From contig NW_021833418.1 of assembly GCF_006345805.1 (NCBI RefSeq), positions 1 to 64,000 on the forward strand: DNA of 64,000 nt, in the 5' to 3' direction. Source of the stretch: Octopus sinensis. Taxonomy: Eukaryota. Within the stretch, counting starts at the first letter, position 1, and the number at the start of each line of letters is the position of its first letter. The notes under the pieces are model-generated. The model had not been told where the DNA came from, searched no databases, and saw only the letters and a list, made by a program, of their open reading frames with translations. Positions 10,801 to 24,085 of this stretch are shown here, piece by piece. Both the position numbers and the translations under genes were made by a program.

Positions 10801-11479
10801 CAGCCGGAAGAATGCCTAATGGCTTGGTTCATAAATGGAACAAGCTTTGCCGAGTGTGCCCATCGAACTGAGAATGACCGCAGAGTCCAGCTCTGGCTTG
10901 AAGAGGAAGTAAATCGACTGAGAGCAAGCGCATTAATCACTCTTATTATTTCCCCTCTTCTGTACTTTTCTTTGTCACCCAACAGACCACACAACAAGGC
11001 AGATAAGTCGGTGAGAACATACTGGGTACAAATATACTGACAAATCAAATGGATAAATGCAGCCGCAAACATTACTTCACAGCTGCGCCAAATAAACTAA
11101 ATAAACCATTGCGTGTACGTGGAATTCAAACTCCCTTGGCGAAAGAGTCGGCATAGGTGACGTCCAAAACAAGCGCTTCTCGAAGCGTACAACTCGTCGG
11201 TTCTAGAACTGAGGGAAACCAGATTTTCCAGAGCTTTATGAATTAGGTTGATACTGCTTATCTAGAAATAAGTTGCCAGGGCATCAAAAGAGTGCGAAAG
11301 AAACAATTAACCAGCCCTAAGTCTTATATTCATAGTGGAATAAAAATGAAATATGTCGGAAATAAACCGTCAGATCGAATTCTATACATTTAAATTACTC
11401 TCAAAAAGGAACAGAGCGTAATTAGAAGGTAATTCTCTGTCTATTATGAGAAAAAAATGCCAAAATACAAATGTAATTC

Positions 11480-13300
11480 CATCCTTGAGTGTAGAGAAAA
11501 CCCTTTGAAGAACAACATCAAAAACATTCCTTGGATCACTGCAATGATATTAATTGAGACAGATCAGAAGCACAATTACTGTCCTCACACGGCGGAGTAT
11601 GTTGAATTCCACCCACATATATCCGACAATTAAGTCTAACCACTGATAATCATCCACTTGTCGTGCGTGTATCTAAATGAGTCCGAGAGAGGGGTTGATA
11701 TTTCACGAAAAATCCAAACTAAAATGTCTCTCAGCGTCCTCTTGGGTCGACCACACAATCACTTAATGCCTTCTTATGAGCTGTCTCTGTAATATTCACA
11801 GTCCCCGGCCTTCTACTCAACATGAAGACAAATATATTTTACCATACTTACACAACAAGTACAGAAGAATTACTAAACTCACCAACAAGCTTAGACCGCT
11901 TTTATTATTCTCAATGATTTTACTATTCTCAACAGGCAATCTAAACACTCTGAACTGCCTTTATCTTAAATGCAGCAACAAACCAGAACTATGCGCTATC
12001 CACAGTCCCTTCAAGGCAGAATTTAAATTGGCCCAACCAACCTTACGATTGCACAACTTCTTTAAAGAAGAAGAAATCAAACCAACAAATCCAATTCTCG
12101 ATCATTCAATAATGAGGAATATAACTGTATTTGCTGATTTGTAAGAGCACAACAGACCACGTATTCTCCTTAAACATAAAAACAAAGCTCATTGGACTTT
12201 TCATAGGAAAATAATGTGAGAGGGAATGCTTGTCCTTCGAATTATGTAAAGATTCACTATAGAGATCAGTTCAGCCAGTTTTTGATCTCCCTTTAATCTT
12301 TGACTTTCAGTAATGTCTAAATCCCGTCCTCGAAAAATTGGATTTTCAAACTTTTTCTTAAATTCCAAACACAATCCTTTAATATGAAAATACAAACCAC
12401 CAAGAATCTCTTCGTTGACGAATTAACCAACGAGAAATACTCCAAAAAATCATTTTGAATCAGTTGTCCCAGAAAGAATAATTCTTCTTCGAATAGCCAA
12501 CCACATCAATTGTTGTGTAAACCTGACTTTGTTGTTTTTTAGTCGATGACCCCAAGCGGTAATAAAACAATCAGAGACTTCATCACAAATCAATAGACTG
12601 GACTCAATTCTTCTCAATAGACTGCAATGCAATCTCAAAGTCTCGTATGAAATGATCATAACGGTCCATTCGACTTCTTTCTTCAGAAAACCTCCTTTAA
12701 ATGAATTAAAATCAAATCACTCAAAATCGACTTGATAGAGTTTTTTTCATTTCCATTGGCGGTCATAACAACAAATTTATCATCTACCCATTTTAAACTC
12801 CTTTCTCAATTCTATGTCAAAAATAATGACAAAATAAACTTTTACGAGACTGCTTGGAGTTACCACCACGACTTTATCAACCACGAGACTTCCATAAACT
12901 ACAGGATAAAGTCAAATTAGACAAATGCATTTCAAAGTTTGCCAAGTCCCTTAAAAATTAGCAAAATTAAACGATCATTCATCTGCCATTATACATTCAC
13001 GGAAACCTGTGAGTTGTGCTCCAGTGACACAATCAAAACATGAATTTTATGCCCTGAAATTCAAATTTGTGGAAAACTTCTCGTTGATGTGGGCGAAGGA
13101 TATTTGAGAATAATGCATCTACAACCACGTGAAACTAATTTGTCATTTCTAGTGGTTTTGTTTAAAATATCGTTTTGTCGTAGTGATTCTTCCATGGAGA
13201 ATTGTGGAAGGGTGAATAGTATTAAGCATCTCATTTTAATGATCGTGGAAAGATGTTCTGGTAAGTCTTCGACGGAATCCGAAAGCTCTTTCCAAAGATT
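11480..13300 (-). pseudogene. RAD54L: RAD54-like SNF2 helicase pseudogene
   Basis: Ordered motifs across frames: HVVVD..ILRPHQRE, GIKF, CIMADE, IISYETLR, LLICDE/GHRLKN, IILSGT, IVNLYIIRRTS, VVCCALT, LKKLCN, FVFMLS, HKKALSDCVVD..ERHFSL. Many frameshifts, stops and apparent internal deletions. Confidence 0.85.
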
Positions 13301-13339
13301 CATTTGAAATATACCCGTTTAAGGGCACTTTAAATGGTT

Positions 13340-13560
13340 TATAAATTCACTTGGATAAAGCCACTTCGACCTGCTTGAAACAATTTTGTGAAGTGATCCT
13401 CACCTCGACAAGTGTAATTTTGTTGCTCGATTTGTCGTAAACAAATATGTCGGACTTGTTATCCGGGACAGCATTATCCGCCGGAAGGTTTGTGTCAACT
13501 CGATCGAATTCCCACAAATCAGTTGGTAGTGACAGATTTGACTAAATGGGTTTTAATTTT
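13340..13560 (-). mobile_element. R4/Dong-like RLE endonuclease fragment
   Basis: Minus-strand NKSDIFVYDKSSNKITLVEVRITSQNCFKQVEV. Confidence 0.65.
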
Positions 13561-13876
13561 CCATAAATATTCACGTGAAATATCATCTCTTGAGAATCAT
13601 CAGCTTTGATATTATCAATTCATTACATTCCGGAATTGTATTTTCGAGATAAGAGAATTGTGCGATAGTGGCTATATGAGTTTTCTTTGAATTAACGACC
13701 CGAATTATCTAATATCATACAACTTGATAAATTATCAAGATTTTCAATTCTTACAGCCGAATTCTGAGTTTTCTGGAAACAAATTCAAATACTTTGTATA
13801 TCAATAGACACTAAATTAAGGCAGTACGTCGGTGTGGTGTTCAATCGAGTATAGATCTGGTTAATCATTCTAACTA

Positions 13877-14990
13877 CAGTAAAACCTCTGGTGCTCGCAT
13901 TTTCGGGACCGAAGAAAAAATGGCGAGCAATAGAATTTGGCGAGCAATGGAAATAATCAATAATTGTTGTGACTTTGAAATTTTGAAAACATCTCGGTTT
14001 TCGATACTTTCCGATCATAAGTGAGCCTTCCAAGTCTTTTAAGGTTAATTTTTATGAGCTTCGAGTGTTTTTCTCCATTTTCAATTTTTTCTAACATAAA
14101 CTCAAATTTAAGTTTATTAAAATGTCCTTTGAAGGATGTAATGATTCCTGATCCATTGGTTGTAGAATTGTTGTAGTCTTCGAAGGTAGGTAAAGAACTT
14201 CAATTGACTCTAATCAGCGTGAAAGTTTATGGGATGGGCATCGATCCACAACTAAAAGAATTTTTCGTTTTTTAGATGCCTATCCCATGTTAAAAAGCCA
14301 TTCGTTAAAATTTAACTTGTCATCCATGCTTTTGGTGAATGACAGTAATCGACAAAATTTTCGACTTTAAAAATTTTTAAAGCAGCGAGGTTTCTGGAAC
14401 TTTCCAATCATTAGTGGAATTTTTTGGTCCGTCCCAGTTCATATACATTGAACATAGCAACAAAGAAAATCTAAAAAATAAATATTAAGGTAATCTACCT
14501 TCGAACAAAAATTAAACCGTTCTTTAAGGATTTTATGTCCAATTTAGTTCGGTGTCAATAACAGAGTAAGTTAAGTTAGATAATCTCTCTTATTGGAGAA
14601 AATAGGATCAGTAGACATTATTTATCTTTTCAAGTCTAAAATCGTTTACAGCCCTTCGAGATATTTTTTTCTTCAAAACAGAAGAAAAAAAAATGTAGCT
14701 ATAAGGTCCATCGTGAGATTTGTTCTCCTCCATGTACGCAATAATGCGACGTTTTTCATTAAAAGACAATCTTGTGCCACTTACGCATGTTGAATTTTAG
14801 TATAGTTGAAATTTTATATAAAAAATAGTTTAACCAAAAAAATTTTTAAAAATTAATGGCGAGATTTAGAAAATGGCGAGCAATAGAATATTTATCAAAA
14901 TTTACTAGAAATTTTTAATTTTTTGGAAAATATGTGGCGAGCAATAGAGGCGGCGAGTAACAGAGGTGGCGAGCACCAGAGGTTTTACTG
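13877..14990 (-). mobile_element. Non-autonomous pogo/Tigger element (1114 bp)
   Basis: 22-bp TIRs CAGTAAAACCTCTGGTGCTCGC / GCGAGCACCAGAGGTTTTACTG with TA on both sides. DDE_1 remnants (IGKYRKPRCF; LQPMDQGII). Confidence 0.9.
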
Positions 14991-16239
14991 TATTAACATA
15001 ATAAAGATATTGAATAATCGATCATTGATTTGCTGTATTTCATAATTATTCTGAGGTCAGGATGTATTGTAGAGAATATGATTGATTATATGCATTGATT
15101 GTGACATTTTCAATATGTTATCGGGATTTAAAGTCAGTCGAGAGAGTTGTTCAATGAATTATTTACTTATGATTTGTCTGTTGTCGATGGCAATCATGTT
15201 ATGCCCCAAAGTGTTCAGGTTGAAGAACAAGATTCACTGGTCGATCCAATAGAGGACAGTCACCATGTTGAAAATGTCCGTCATAACCGTGATGGTAGTG
15301 GATATCTGAGAATGGGATGAACCAGTAACCAACAAATACTAATTCATAACAAATAACCTGTCAATTTATTTAATATAATTTCTATTTTTTCATAAGAATA
15401 TTTAAATGGTCAACAACTTGTATAAAGTGTCATTAATAGTACATTCCCGTCCATATCCTTGTGGTGTGTTATTATGGTAGTAATATCGATACTGTAATCG
15501 ACCTAGGCAGTGAATGTGATAAGTACAAGCGTGACAACCGACAACATCAGTCGGAAATCAGGTGGTGGGGGGTCAATGACTTTATTCCTTTCCAAATAGA
15601 AAAAGTGGAGGATTTAGCGAAAGGGTACCACTACTGCATTCTCATGGACTTTTTATTCCCAAGTACAGTATTGCTAAATGAGAGAAATCCTTTCCCCTTC
15701 GAAACTAAAGACCAAGGCATGTCAAGAATACGAGATATTTCCAGAACCTGAAAGAACTGCAAAACCTCTTTCGAAGACAGGCGTGGACAAAGTGGTGCCC
15801 ATCCAGAAATTGGCGAAAGGCCGATTCCAGGACAACTACGAGTTTGTGCAGGTTCCACAAAATATTCCTAAGGAACTACGACCCCTCTTCCAGGGAGGAG
15901 ACCACTCTCCGCCACAGAAGGTGGTTTGGGGTGGCCAAGCAGAGTCGGGAAATACGTCCTGTCAAGACTGCTGTTAATTCTGAGGTGGCCTCTCTCAAGA
16001 CTGCTGTCAATAATTCTGAGGTGGTTCTCTCAAAAGTGAACTGCAGTTGGTCAAGAGTGAGGTGTGTTTAGTTGATAACCAATAGTATGAGACTTTGTAC
16101 AACCATGTCCTTAAAGTGGAGTCTGAACGGGATTCCTACTATGCTTCCCTACAGCGATGTGAGAGGCTCATGGACTTGAAAGACACGATCACCAAAACTG
16201 AGTTGCAGGCTGCCATTTATCAGGAGGACTAGTCACTTT

Positions 16240-16620
16240 CATTATTTCGCATTAATAAGCCATTCTCCATTTCAGGGTTAGGAATGTCGGATAGATATAA
16301 ATTGAATAGAGCAGGAGAAAGGGGGGAACTCCATTTGGAAGAAATTTTGAGATTGATTTGATTCCATTCACCCCTCTCCTTCCGCTGAGGAAATTCGAAA
16401 GTCAAAGTTTTATGTTCGAGTTGATGGATAGGTTAAATATTTTTTGAGTTAGTATCTTTCTGGAAACTGGAAACCTTCCATTATAAACTGGGTTAATGTG
16501 GTAAGATGTGTCGAGGTAGAGAAATTACTTCTAAAACCATGTTGGATGTATGTAAGAGGGAGAGTAGGGGTTATCAAATCGAGGTCAGCCCAGCTTGAGA
16601 ATTGGGCGTATAAGAGAATT
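16240..16620 (-). mobile_element. Jockey/L2-like reverse transcriptase remnant
   Basis: Minus-strand QHGFRSNFSTSTHLTTLTQFIMEG and SPALFNLYLSDIP. Confidence 0.65.
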
Positions 16621-16630
16621 TTTTCATCTA

Positions 16631-18793
16631 TACTTAAACCTTTCTATATTGCCACGAAAAAAAACCAAATATTTCATGGCAATAAGCAGGGTGGAATTAT
16701 AACGCGACCCCGCTAAAATTAATTAAACACAAAATATTTATTAAAAAACTCCTTAATCGTTGACTGTCTACAACTATTTTTTAGACAATTCCGATATTCC
16801 TTTTTAATATGTTTAATATATTGTAAGTTTTTTTCCCACATCCTTTGAGTAAACTCGATCCCGGCAGTATAACTTCAAACGCATAAGCCATTTCATTTTT
16901 AGGCCTTTTTTAATAAAGTTTTCTTTTATGTATTCTTCATCACTGTCATTGATTCTTTGAAGTGTAGACAATATTTGGTCTTCTTTAATTAAACCGATGC
17001 ATTCATCCATTTGAATATTTGAAATTTATAATTCCTAAATCGTTTCCAAATTTTTTTGCTTGTTATTCAAAACAATGTTTTGAAACCTTTTGATCTAGTG
17101 CTGAGAGCGATCTATCAATGTAAATGATTGTCAAAAATAAAAATAATCTATTACATCAAAGTTAACTAAGGTCAATTATTGACAATTAATAAATGATAAT
17201 TAAACATTATTTCTCGACAAATTTTTTTAATCGAAGAGAAAGATTCGTCCCATCTTTTGTACACGAACCTTTAAGTAATAAAAATAGAATACAATATGAG
17301 AAAAGCATACAGGATCTCATTGGCCATCATGCGCGGGAATTGCCAGTCGATCCGCTGCGCATTTTAAACCTTTTCACTTTCTCCATTAGTATAAACAAAT
17401 TCGAATACAATATCTCCAACATCTAACTCATATTTGATCGATGGACTCCCATCTTCCATTCATTCTTCTATAATATGAAGACTGCAAATTCATCCTCTCA
17501 AATTAAACTGGCACTCATCATCTTTACTAATAAATAACAATAAAAAACCTTTATTATAAATGTCGGGATTTTCGAAACTTCAAATTCTTCATATCAAAAC
17601 TTTTCGGTTTCGTCAACACTGATTCAACAACAAGATGTTGATTCCAGGAATGGACTAACGCCTAGAAAATTAACAAATGCAATTTACATGAATGAGCACT
17701 CAGATTGTACAAAAACACAGCTTTTCGAATGTGTTTTATCCACTCTTTTTATCATCCGGAGTTATCAATTTGTATAAACTTCTTGTGATCGTCTGATTAA
17801 ATCTTTCAACTATCCCCTGACTCTGGGGATTGTTGGGTCGTCCATGAATTTTGACAATTTTATACTCTTGACAGAGTTTTCTTATATGGTCATTCTTGAA
17901 CTCCGGACCATTGTCTGACTGCAAGTATTTACAAGGCCCGTGATCAATAAAAATTTCTTTTAACTTATTGGCAACTTCTCTTCTACTTTTGTTCAGTAGG
18001 TTCCCGGTGAATTCATATCTCGACTAGACGTCAATCACAGTCAACAACCAAGAAAATTGATCATTGTCATTTTCAAACCTTGGCAATAACACAATTTTAT
18101 ACCTTTATAGGTCAATCAGATCAATTTGAAATCTCTCATTCGGTACATCCGCAAAAATATGACTTACGTCGTCATATTGTTTCAGCGGACCTGCAGACTG
18201 GCATATATCACAGTCTCTTACCACCTGACGAATAACATCTCTTTTAACAAAACAAAATCGTTTTCCACACAATTCTTCGAGTGCATTGTGTCCATAATGG
18301 TTAGCGTCGTGGATATCTTCTGCAATTGTCCACATCTCAGGTTTGTTGGTTGAGGCAATAACAAGTTTGTGATTAGATAAATAATCTTGAAGATAGACCT
18401 TTCCGTCTATTAAAACGAATTTTTCAGCCTTCTTTTTTAGTTTGTACTTCCGAGAAGTTGAGATGTTCAGGTCTTGTCCTTCGAGGATAAATTTTATAAT
18501 GTTGTACTCTTCATTATTTTTTATGAAAACTTTGTTAGAAATCAGAACAACGTGATTAGTGAAATAGTTTATTGAGTTTATTGTCAAAAATTATGGTATG
18601 CCAGCAAAAATTGGTGTAAATCTTAAATAAAAGTAAAATAATTTAAAAATTTGAATGGCGTTATATCGGATAAGGCACATAATTGGCGTGGCAATAACTG
18701 AGTGGCGGGATTTGGCATTATAAAGAGAAATTCAAAGAAGAACCAAAAAATGACGTGGCAATAAGCGGCGTGGCATTATAGAGAGGTTAAGTG
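16631..18793 (-). mobile_element. TA-flanked TIR element carrying a degenerate zinc-finger/rve integrase (KRBA2/SCAND3-like)
   Basis: Imperfect ~26-bp TIRs TACTTAAACCTTTCTATATTGCCACG / revcomp CACTTAACCTCTCTATAATGCCACG. HDANHYGH..CDICQ, RFQIDLIDL, LQSDNGPEFKN, GRPNNPQSQGIVERFNQT. Confidence 0.75.
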
Positions 18794-19372
18794 TATTTGG
18801 TATTTGATTCTGGTTAACGGAATAGTTGAAAATTTTCGTCACTGCATCATTCCGATGGGACCAAGCTGCTTTAGCAAGGTTGTTGGAATCAGATCTGGTC
18901 CACAGGATAGGGATGATTTTGCAGGGGATATCTTGTAAATGTAAAAAGTGAAAAACTCACGTGTGGGAATATAAATTTTACTGTTAATGCTCTTACGGGA
19001 TGTGCTACAATATTCATTGGGTTAAGTGAAAAACTCACAGTAAAAACTACATCTAAATTAGAAAAATACAAACTTATAAAAAAAGAATTAATTTATAATT
19101 GATGACGGCATATTTTCTATTCCTAATTCAATCTTTATCCAAAGAACTAGAATAACTAAAAACACAAATTAATTAGTTATTTAGACAATGAAATTAAGAT
19201 GAAAACACTCGAATTCGCTATTCACAAGAATGCCGCCAGAGAATATAAAAACTTCATAAGAAATGTAGTAAATTTCTTTTTACTGCGAAACGCTTAATTA
19301 TTGAATGAATTATAAAAGACTGGGAAATTTGTAAATTTGCCGAGCCGCTAAAAAAATTTTTAAATAAATATA

Positions 19373-20937
19373 CAGTAAAGTCTCTCGAATACGCCGACTC
19401 TCGAATCCGCCAATTATAATTAATAAATTCTCTTATCCGCCATTTTTCCTAGAAAAAATTCTCGAATCCGCCATATTTTTTATAATGAATCCGCCATGTG
19501 TCCTAATTTTAAATAATTTTTTTAATTAAATTTACTGATATATAATCAATTTATTAACACGTTACATCTGTCTTTGTTGTTGTATTAATGAAACGTAACT
19601 GTACAAGACTAAAAAACAATCAAAAAATTGAGATTTTGAAGTTTATTCAAACAAATAATGAATTATCTTCACTAAAAATTTCTGAGATTTTTTCAAAAAA
19701 ATACAACTTGCCTGTTTCTCGCCGATCTATTGATGATCTGAAAAGTAAAAGAGGATCTAACATTATGTTTCATAACCTAAGATCTGACATTTCCCGCAAA
19801 CAATATTTAAAGTTTGCTGAAATCGATGATAATACTATTGCTTGGGTCAATTCAATGGATCTTAAAGGAGCCATTTTAAATGATAGGATTATTACTGAGA
19901 AAGCAAAAGCCTTTGCATTGAATCTCGGGATTACTGAATTCAAAGGAAGCAAAGGGTGGTTAGTTAAATTTAAAAAGAGGAATGGTTTGAAATTACGCAA
20001 TATGCATGGAGAATCTGCAACTCCAAATTTTGACCCTAATTTAGTATCAGATTTCATTGAATTAATCAAAAATAAAATCAGTCTTTACGGAGCTCAAAAT
20101 GTTTATAATGCCGATGAAACTGGCTTATTTTACAAAATGATACCGTCTAAGAGTGTTTGTAAAACCATTAAATCTGGCTATAAAGTCCTGAAAGACAGAG
20201 TTTCTGTTATGTTATGTAGAAATGTTGACGGTACAGATAAGCGAACATTCTTACTAATTGGGTTGTTTAAAAATCCAAGATGTTTCAAGAATTTCGATAT
20301 CAAAAAATATGTTATATATTCAAATTCAAAGAGAGCATGGATGGATAGCAGAATTTTTAATCAATTTCTATTAAAATGGGAAATGGAATTGCGAAAACAA
20401 GATAGAAAAATTTTGTTTGTTGTAGATCAATCTCCTGCACATAAGGTGAATTTCATGAAATTTACATTAGGTATTGATTGAATTAAAACAAATTGAGATG
20501 TTATTTCTACCACCTAATACAACATCTTTTTTACAGCCCATGGATCAGGGCATAATTAAATCGTATAAATGTAAATTCAATTCTCTAAAATTTTCTAATA
20601 TAATTCAAAAAATTGAAGCTGGGACAAACCCCTATGTTGTTACCATTAACGAGGCTTTTATCGCTTTAAACAAATTAAAAGAGTTCTATAATCAAGAAGA
20701 ATTCTTTAATATAGAAAATCTTGAGTATATTGAAAACATTGGATCTTCAATGATCCAAACTCTAAGAAGAAACAAGTCGAAACTTACTGATTTTTTTGTT
20801 TTTAATTAATTATTTTGGCTTAATAATTTAAATTATTAATGGATTTAAAAATCGATAAGTCTCTCGAATCCGCCAAATTCTCGAATCCGCCAGATTTTGC
20901 CGATCCCCGAAATTGGCGGATTCGAGAGACTTTACTG
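19373..20937 (+). mobile_element. Tigger/pogo DNA transposon (1565 bp)
   Basis: TIRs CAGTAAAGTCTCTCGAATACGCC / GGCGGATTCGAGAGACTTTACTG, TA target duplication, transposase inside. Confidence 0.95.
19588..20809 (+). CDS. Tigger transposase (HTH, CENP-B HTH, DDE_1) with one 25-nt intron
   Basis: FKGSKGWLVKFKKR, YNADETGLFY, KDRVSVML, LFVVDQSPAH. Removing GT-AG 20446-20470 joins the two ORFs (HK/VLIELKQIEMLFLPPNTTSFLQPMDQGII). The C-terminal part looks shortened. Confidence 0.8.
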
Positions 20938-21199
20938 TACTTAGGTATCGATTCTAATTAACATGTAACTGCAAGAAGTCCACATGAAAGATTCTGAGGG
21001 AATTTTTTGATGTTAACAAATATAAATATTTTAACAAACAATTATCAACATTTACAACAAATTCAAACTCTGCAAATTTTTAAAAAATAAAACTGCTTTT
21101 GGTGATACTTATTTTAGAAGCTATAAATAAACTAAAAAAAATTTTGTCAAATTTGATATTGCCAAATTTTACAAACAGAAAACGGATGAGAATTTTATT

Positions 21200-21500
21200 T
21201 ACAAAATCAGTCATCAATATGTTCCGGAACAATTTATTTTCGAGTTTCCAACAACGGAGAAGAATTCAAAAAACAACTGATGAATCAAATATGCAAAAAA
21301 ATAAAATCAAAAAGTTTAACAGTCCAAGTTTATAAGTTTAACTGAATGAAGGTGTGATTGACCGCTTTAAACAAACATTAAAACAAAGTATGGCAAAACT
21401 GATGGAAAAAATAAAAAAAATGGAAACTATATTTAGACAAAGTAACATATTCGTATAATACGACACATCACTCGGTGTTGAATGAAACCTTCAAAAAGTT
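21200..21500 (+). mobile_element. Integrase core remnant
   Basis: DRFKQTLKQSMAKL and ILDKVTYSYNTTHHS readings. Confidence 0.45.
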
Positions 21501-21563
21501 TAGTAATATTTCTTGAATATTTTTATAATATTAACAAAAACAGTTAAAAAAGGAACTAATTAG

Positions 21564-21830
21564 CTAATGAAGCCATCTGTCCGAAGTGGACCCCGCCAAC
21601 ATAATTGACGTTGCGTTGCCTCTCACGATAGCAACGGAGATCAACTGGAGAAGCCACCGGGTCTCACGTGTGTCGTGGCTTTTTAATGTGGCTAAGCGTC
21701 CAAGCTTCTTTAGGAAGCGAAGCGATTTCCCACTTATTCCTCCAGTTGTCTCGACCACAATCGGACAGAACACGAATCGATCTCGTAGCGCTTCATATTT
21801 TCCTGAATTAACTTGAATTAACACTGTGAT
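21564..21830 (-). mobile_element. CRE-like non-LTR 3' fragment
   Basis: KYEALRDRFVFCPIVVETTGG...LQLISVAIVRGNATSI. Confidence 0.8.
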
Positions 21831-21939
21831 TCATGAAATAATAAATTTTTATCTCATTTATTATTTAGATGAAAATAATTAGTCATCGTTTTCATGCTAA
21901 TATGACTTGCTTAAAACTTAATAACTTAATACTCCAGAG

Positions 21940-22991
21940 CAGGCATTCTCAACCTTTTTTTGTTCATCGCCCCCTTAGATATTTTATCGCCCCCCTTTGA
22001 AATTTTATCGCCCCCTTGTCCATATACAATTTAAAAATTTTTGGGCATTGTCCCTTAATTGGTTGTTTTTTGTATATAACTCAAAAATCAAAATATAAAA
22101 TAATAAATCAAATGTAAAAAATTGAATTTCTATTAAAAATTATTAGTGAGACTTTTGATATTGATGTTTACTCGCTAAATATTCTATGTCGGGTTTAAAT
22201 CCCATTAAAACAGCTTTACTATCTACAATGACGCTTTCATCAATTTGTAATGAAAACTTACTTCGCTTCAGTCTTTCAATAAGGATTTCCTTTACATTGT
22301 CACCCATTTCATCAATTCTTTGACGAATCACCTGAACGTGTTAGTTAATGGTTAAGACGGTGATTTTGTTTGGCTTAAATAATAATAGTAATAATCGAAC
22401 CATTGCTAAGAGGTAGACTTTTAATAATTTTAGAAGCATCTTGATGCATTACATCCGATATTATTACTTCCAGTGATGGAATTATTGCATTTTCTGCGAT
22501 AGTATGAGAACTGGAAGTTTTCGCAATAATTTCAGCAATTTTATAAGAAGCGATGTGCGCACCCACAACTACATATAAATAAGTGTTAAATAACCATCAT
22601 GTACTGGCTTTGTGAATTACGATTTGATCGTTTTCTTATTTTCAAAATTGTATTTTAAATATTCAATCGGCTTTGACATTTTATCCGGGTGCTTGCGTTT
22701 TAGATGATCCAGTAATCGTGATGGCTTCATCGCCTCATTTGAGAAAGAACATTGACAAATAAGACAATAAGGCTGTTTTGTATCTTCAGTACTTTGAATA
22801 AACCCATATTTTAAATATTCGTTTTGATAATGACGACTTTTCTTATTTGAGCGAGAAGACATCTTAGATACCAAACAAGAATGTAAAAACAGCGTGCTAT
22901 TTTAAAATCGCCCCCTTGTAAAAAATTATCGCCCCCCTGTACAAAATTTTCGCCCCTAGGGAGGCGATTCGCTCCCGGTTGAGAACACCTG
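21940..22991 (-). mobile_element. Non-autonomous hAT (Buster/ZBED-like) element
   Basis: TIRs CAGGCATTCTCAACC / GGTTGAGAACACCTG. 8-bp TSD CTCCAGAG (21932-21939, 22992-22999). YLKYGF..PYCLIC..MKPSRLLDHL and FSLQIDES remnants. Confidence 0.92.
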
Positions 22992-23269
22992 CTCCAGAGA
23001 ATGGATACTTTCAACAATTTCATTTATTAAAAATTTGTCCATATAAAAAATACCTAAACATATGTCTGTGCAAACATATTGCTGAGGCTGTCTGATATGC
23101 CATCATTTGTTCAATATCCATATTTGTTACAGGATTTGGATATTGACAGCCCCTCAAGATAAAAAACGAAATTTCCTCTTTAATAGCATGTATTGGTTTA
23201 ATCAAATATGACATTCTTAATTATTTCTTTCTATGTGAATAAATGAATTTATTTATTTAAAAGGAAAAG

Positions 23270-23700
23270 CCGAAAAAGAGAGAAAAAGTTAATGAGCCTT
23301 GGGGAACAATTTGAGGCACTTTTATTTCTAAAGTCTATTTTATAGCAGTTTATTTAATAATTTATTGGCCAAAGAAATTATTCAAATTTCTAACGATAGA
23401 ATACTAAATTAACTAATTATTGACGCCGCTTATTGGGGCATTTTTTAAATAATTTAAAAAAAAAATTTTATGCATTATTTTTTTAATTATAGCGTGTGGT
23501 TTAGTGGTTATGCTAAAAAAACTTTCTTGTGAAAAGTTAAAACCTTTGGTTATTGGAAAGCATAAATCACCCAGATGCCTTAAAATATAAGAACTGAGGA
23601 TTGTGAAGTAATGGTTTTAAATTAATACAAATTATATACGATGCGTCCAAAAATGCATGGATGAAAATAATATTTTCAACAATTGGTTTAAGATAAGACA
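23270..23700 (+). mobile_element. pogo/Tigger DDE remnant
   Basis: EKLKPLVIGKHKSPRCL reading and a following AWM-like segment; no TIRs found. Confidence 0.45.
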
Positions 23701-24085
23701 GTTGATAAAATACACAATTGATTTAAATGGTATTTTATTTAAAGAAAAAGTTGAAAAAAATATAAATTATCATACCCTCTGTATTTGGCGGTGGATTTTT
23801 ATTATGGCAGGAATTCAACTGTATTTGTGATAACCAAAAGCTTTTATTTAAACGTCTACAATATCAAAAAATGTAACCGGTTCCCCATGCGTAATGCGCT
23901 GTCACATAATATACCACTAATTAATGTATTCGGCAAAAGTCGTTTCAAGGTACTGAAATGCGTTTTTAGATTACTTTACTCAGTGTTTTTAACAAACATC
24001 TGAAAACCATTTTTTCAATGATTAGACTGACCGTAGTAAAGATTTGGTTAAATTTATTGAAAATTGGGAATAAGAAAAAAAGTAA

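Larger units (their letters stand above)
1..11110. repeat. Segmental duplication, copy A (left end lies outside the window)
   Basis: Near-identical to 28668-~42310 (offset 28667-28669 at the start). The same ORFs recur, e.g. 2610..3077 = 31279..31746 and 6459..6674 = 37381..37596. Confidence 0.97.
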
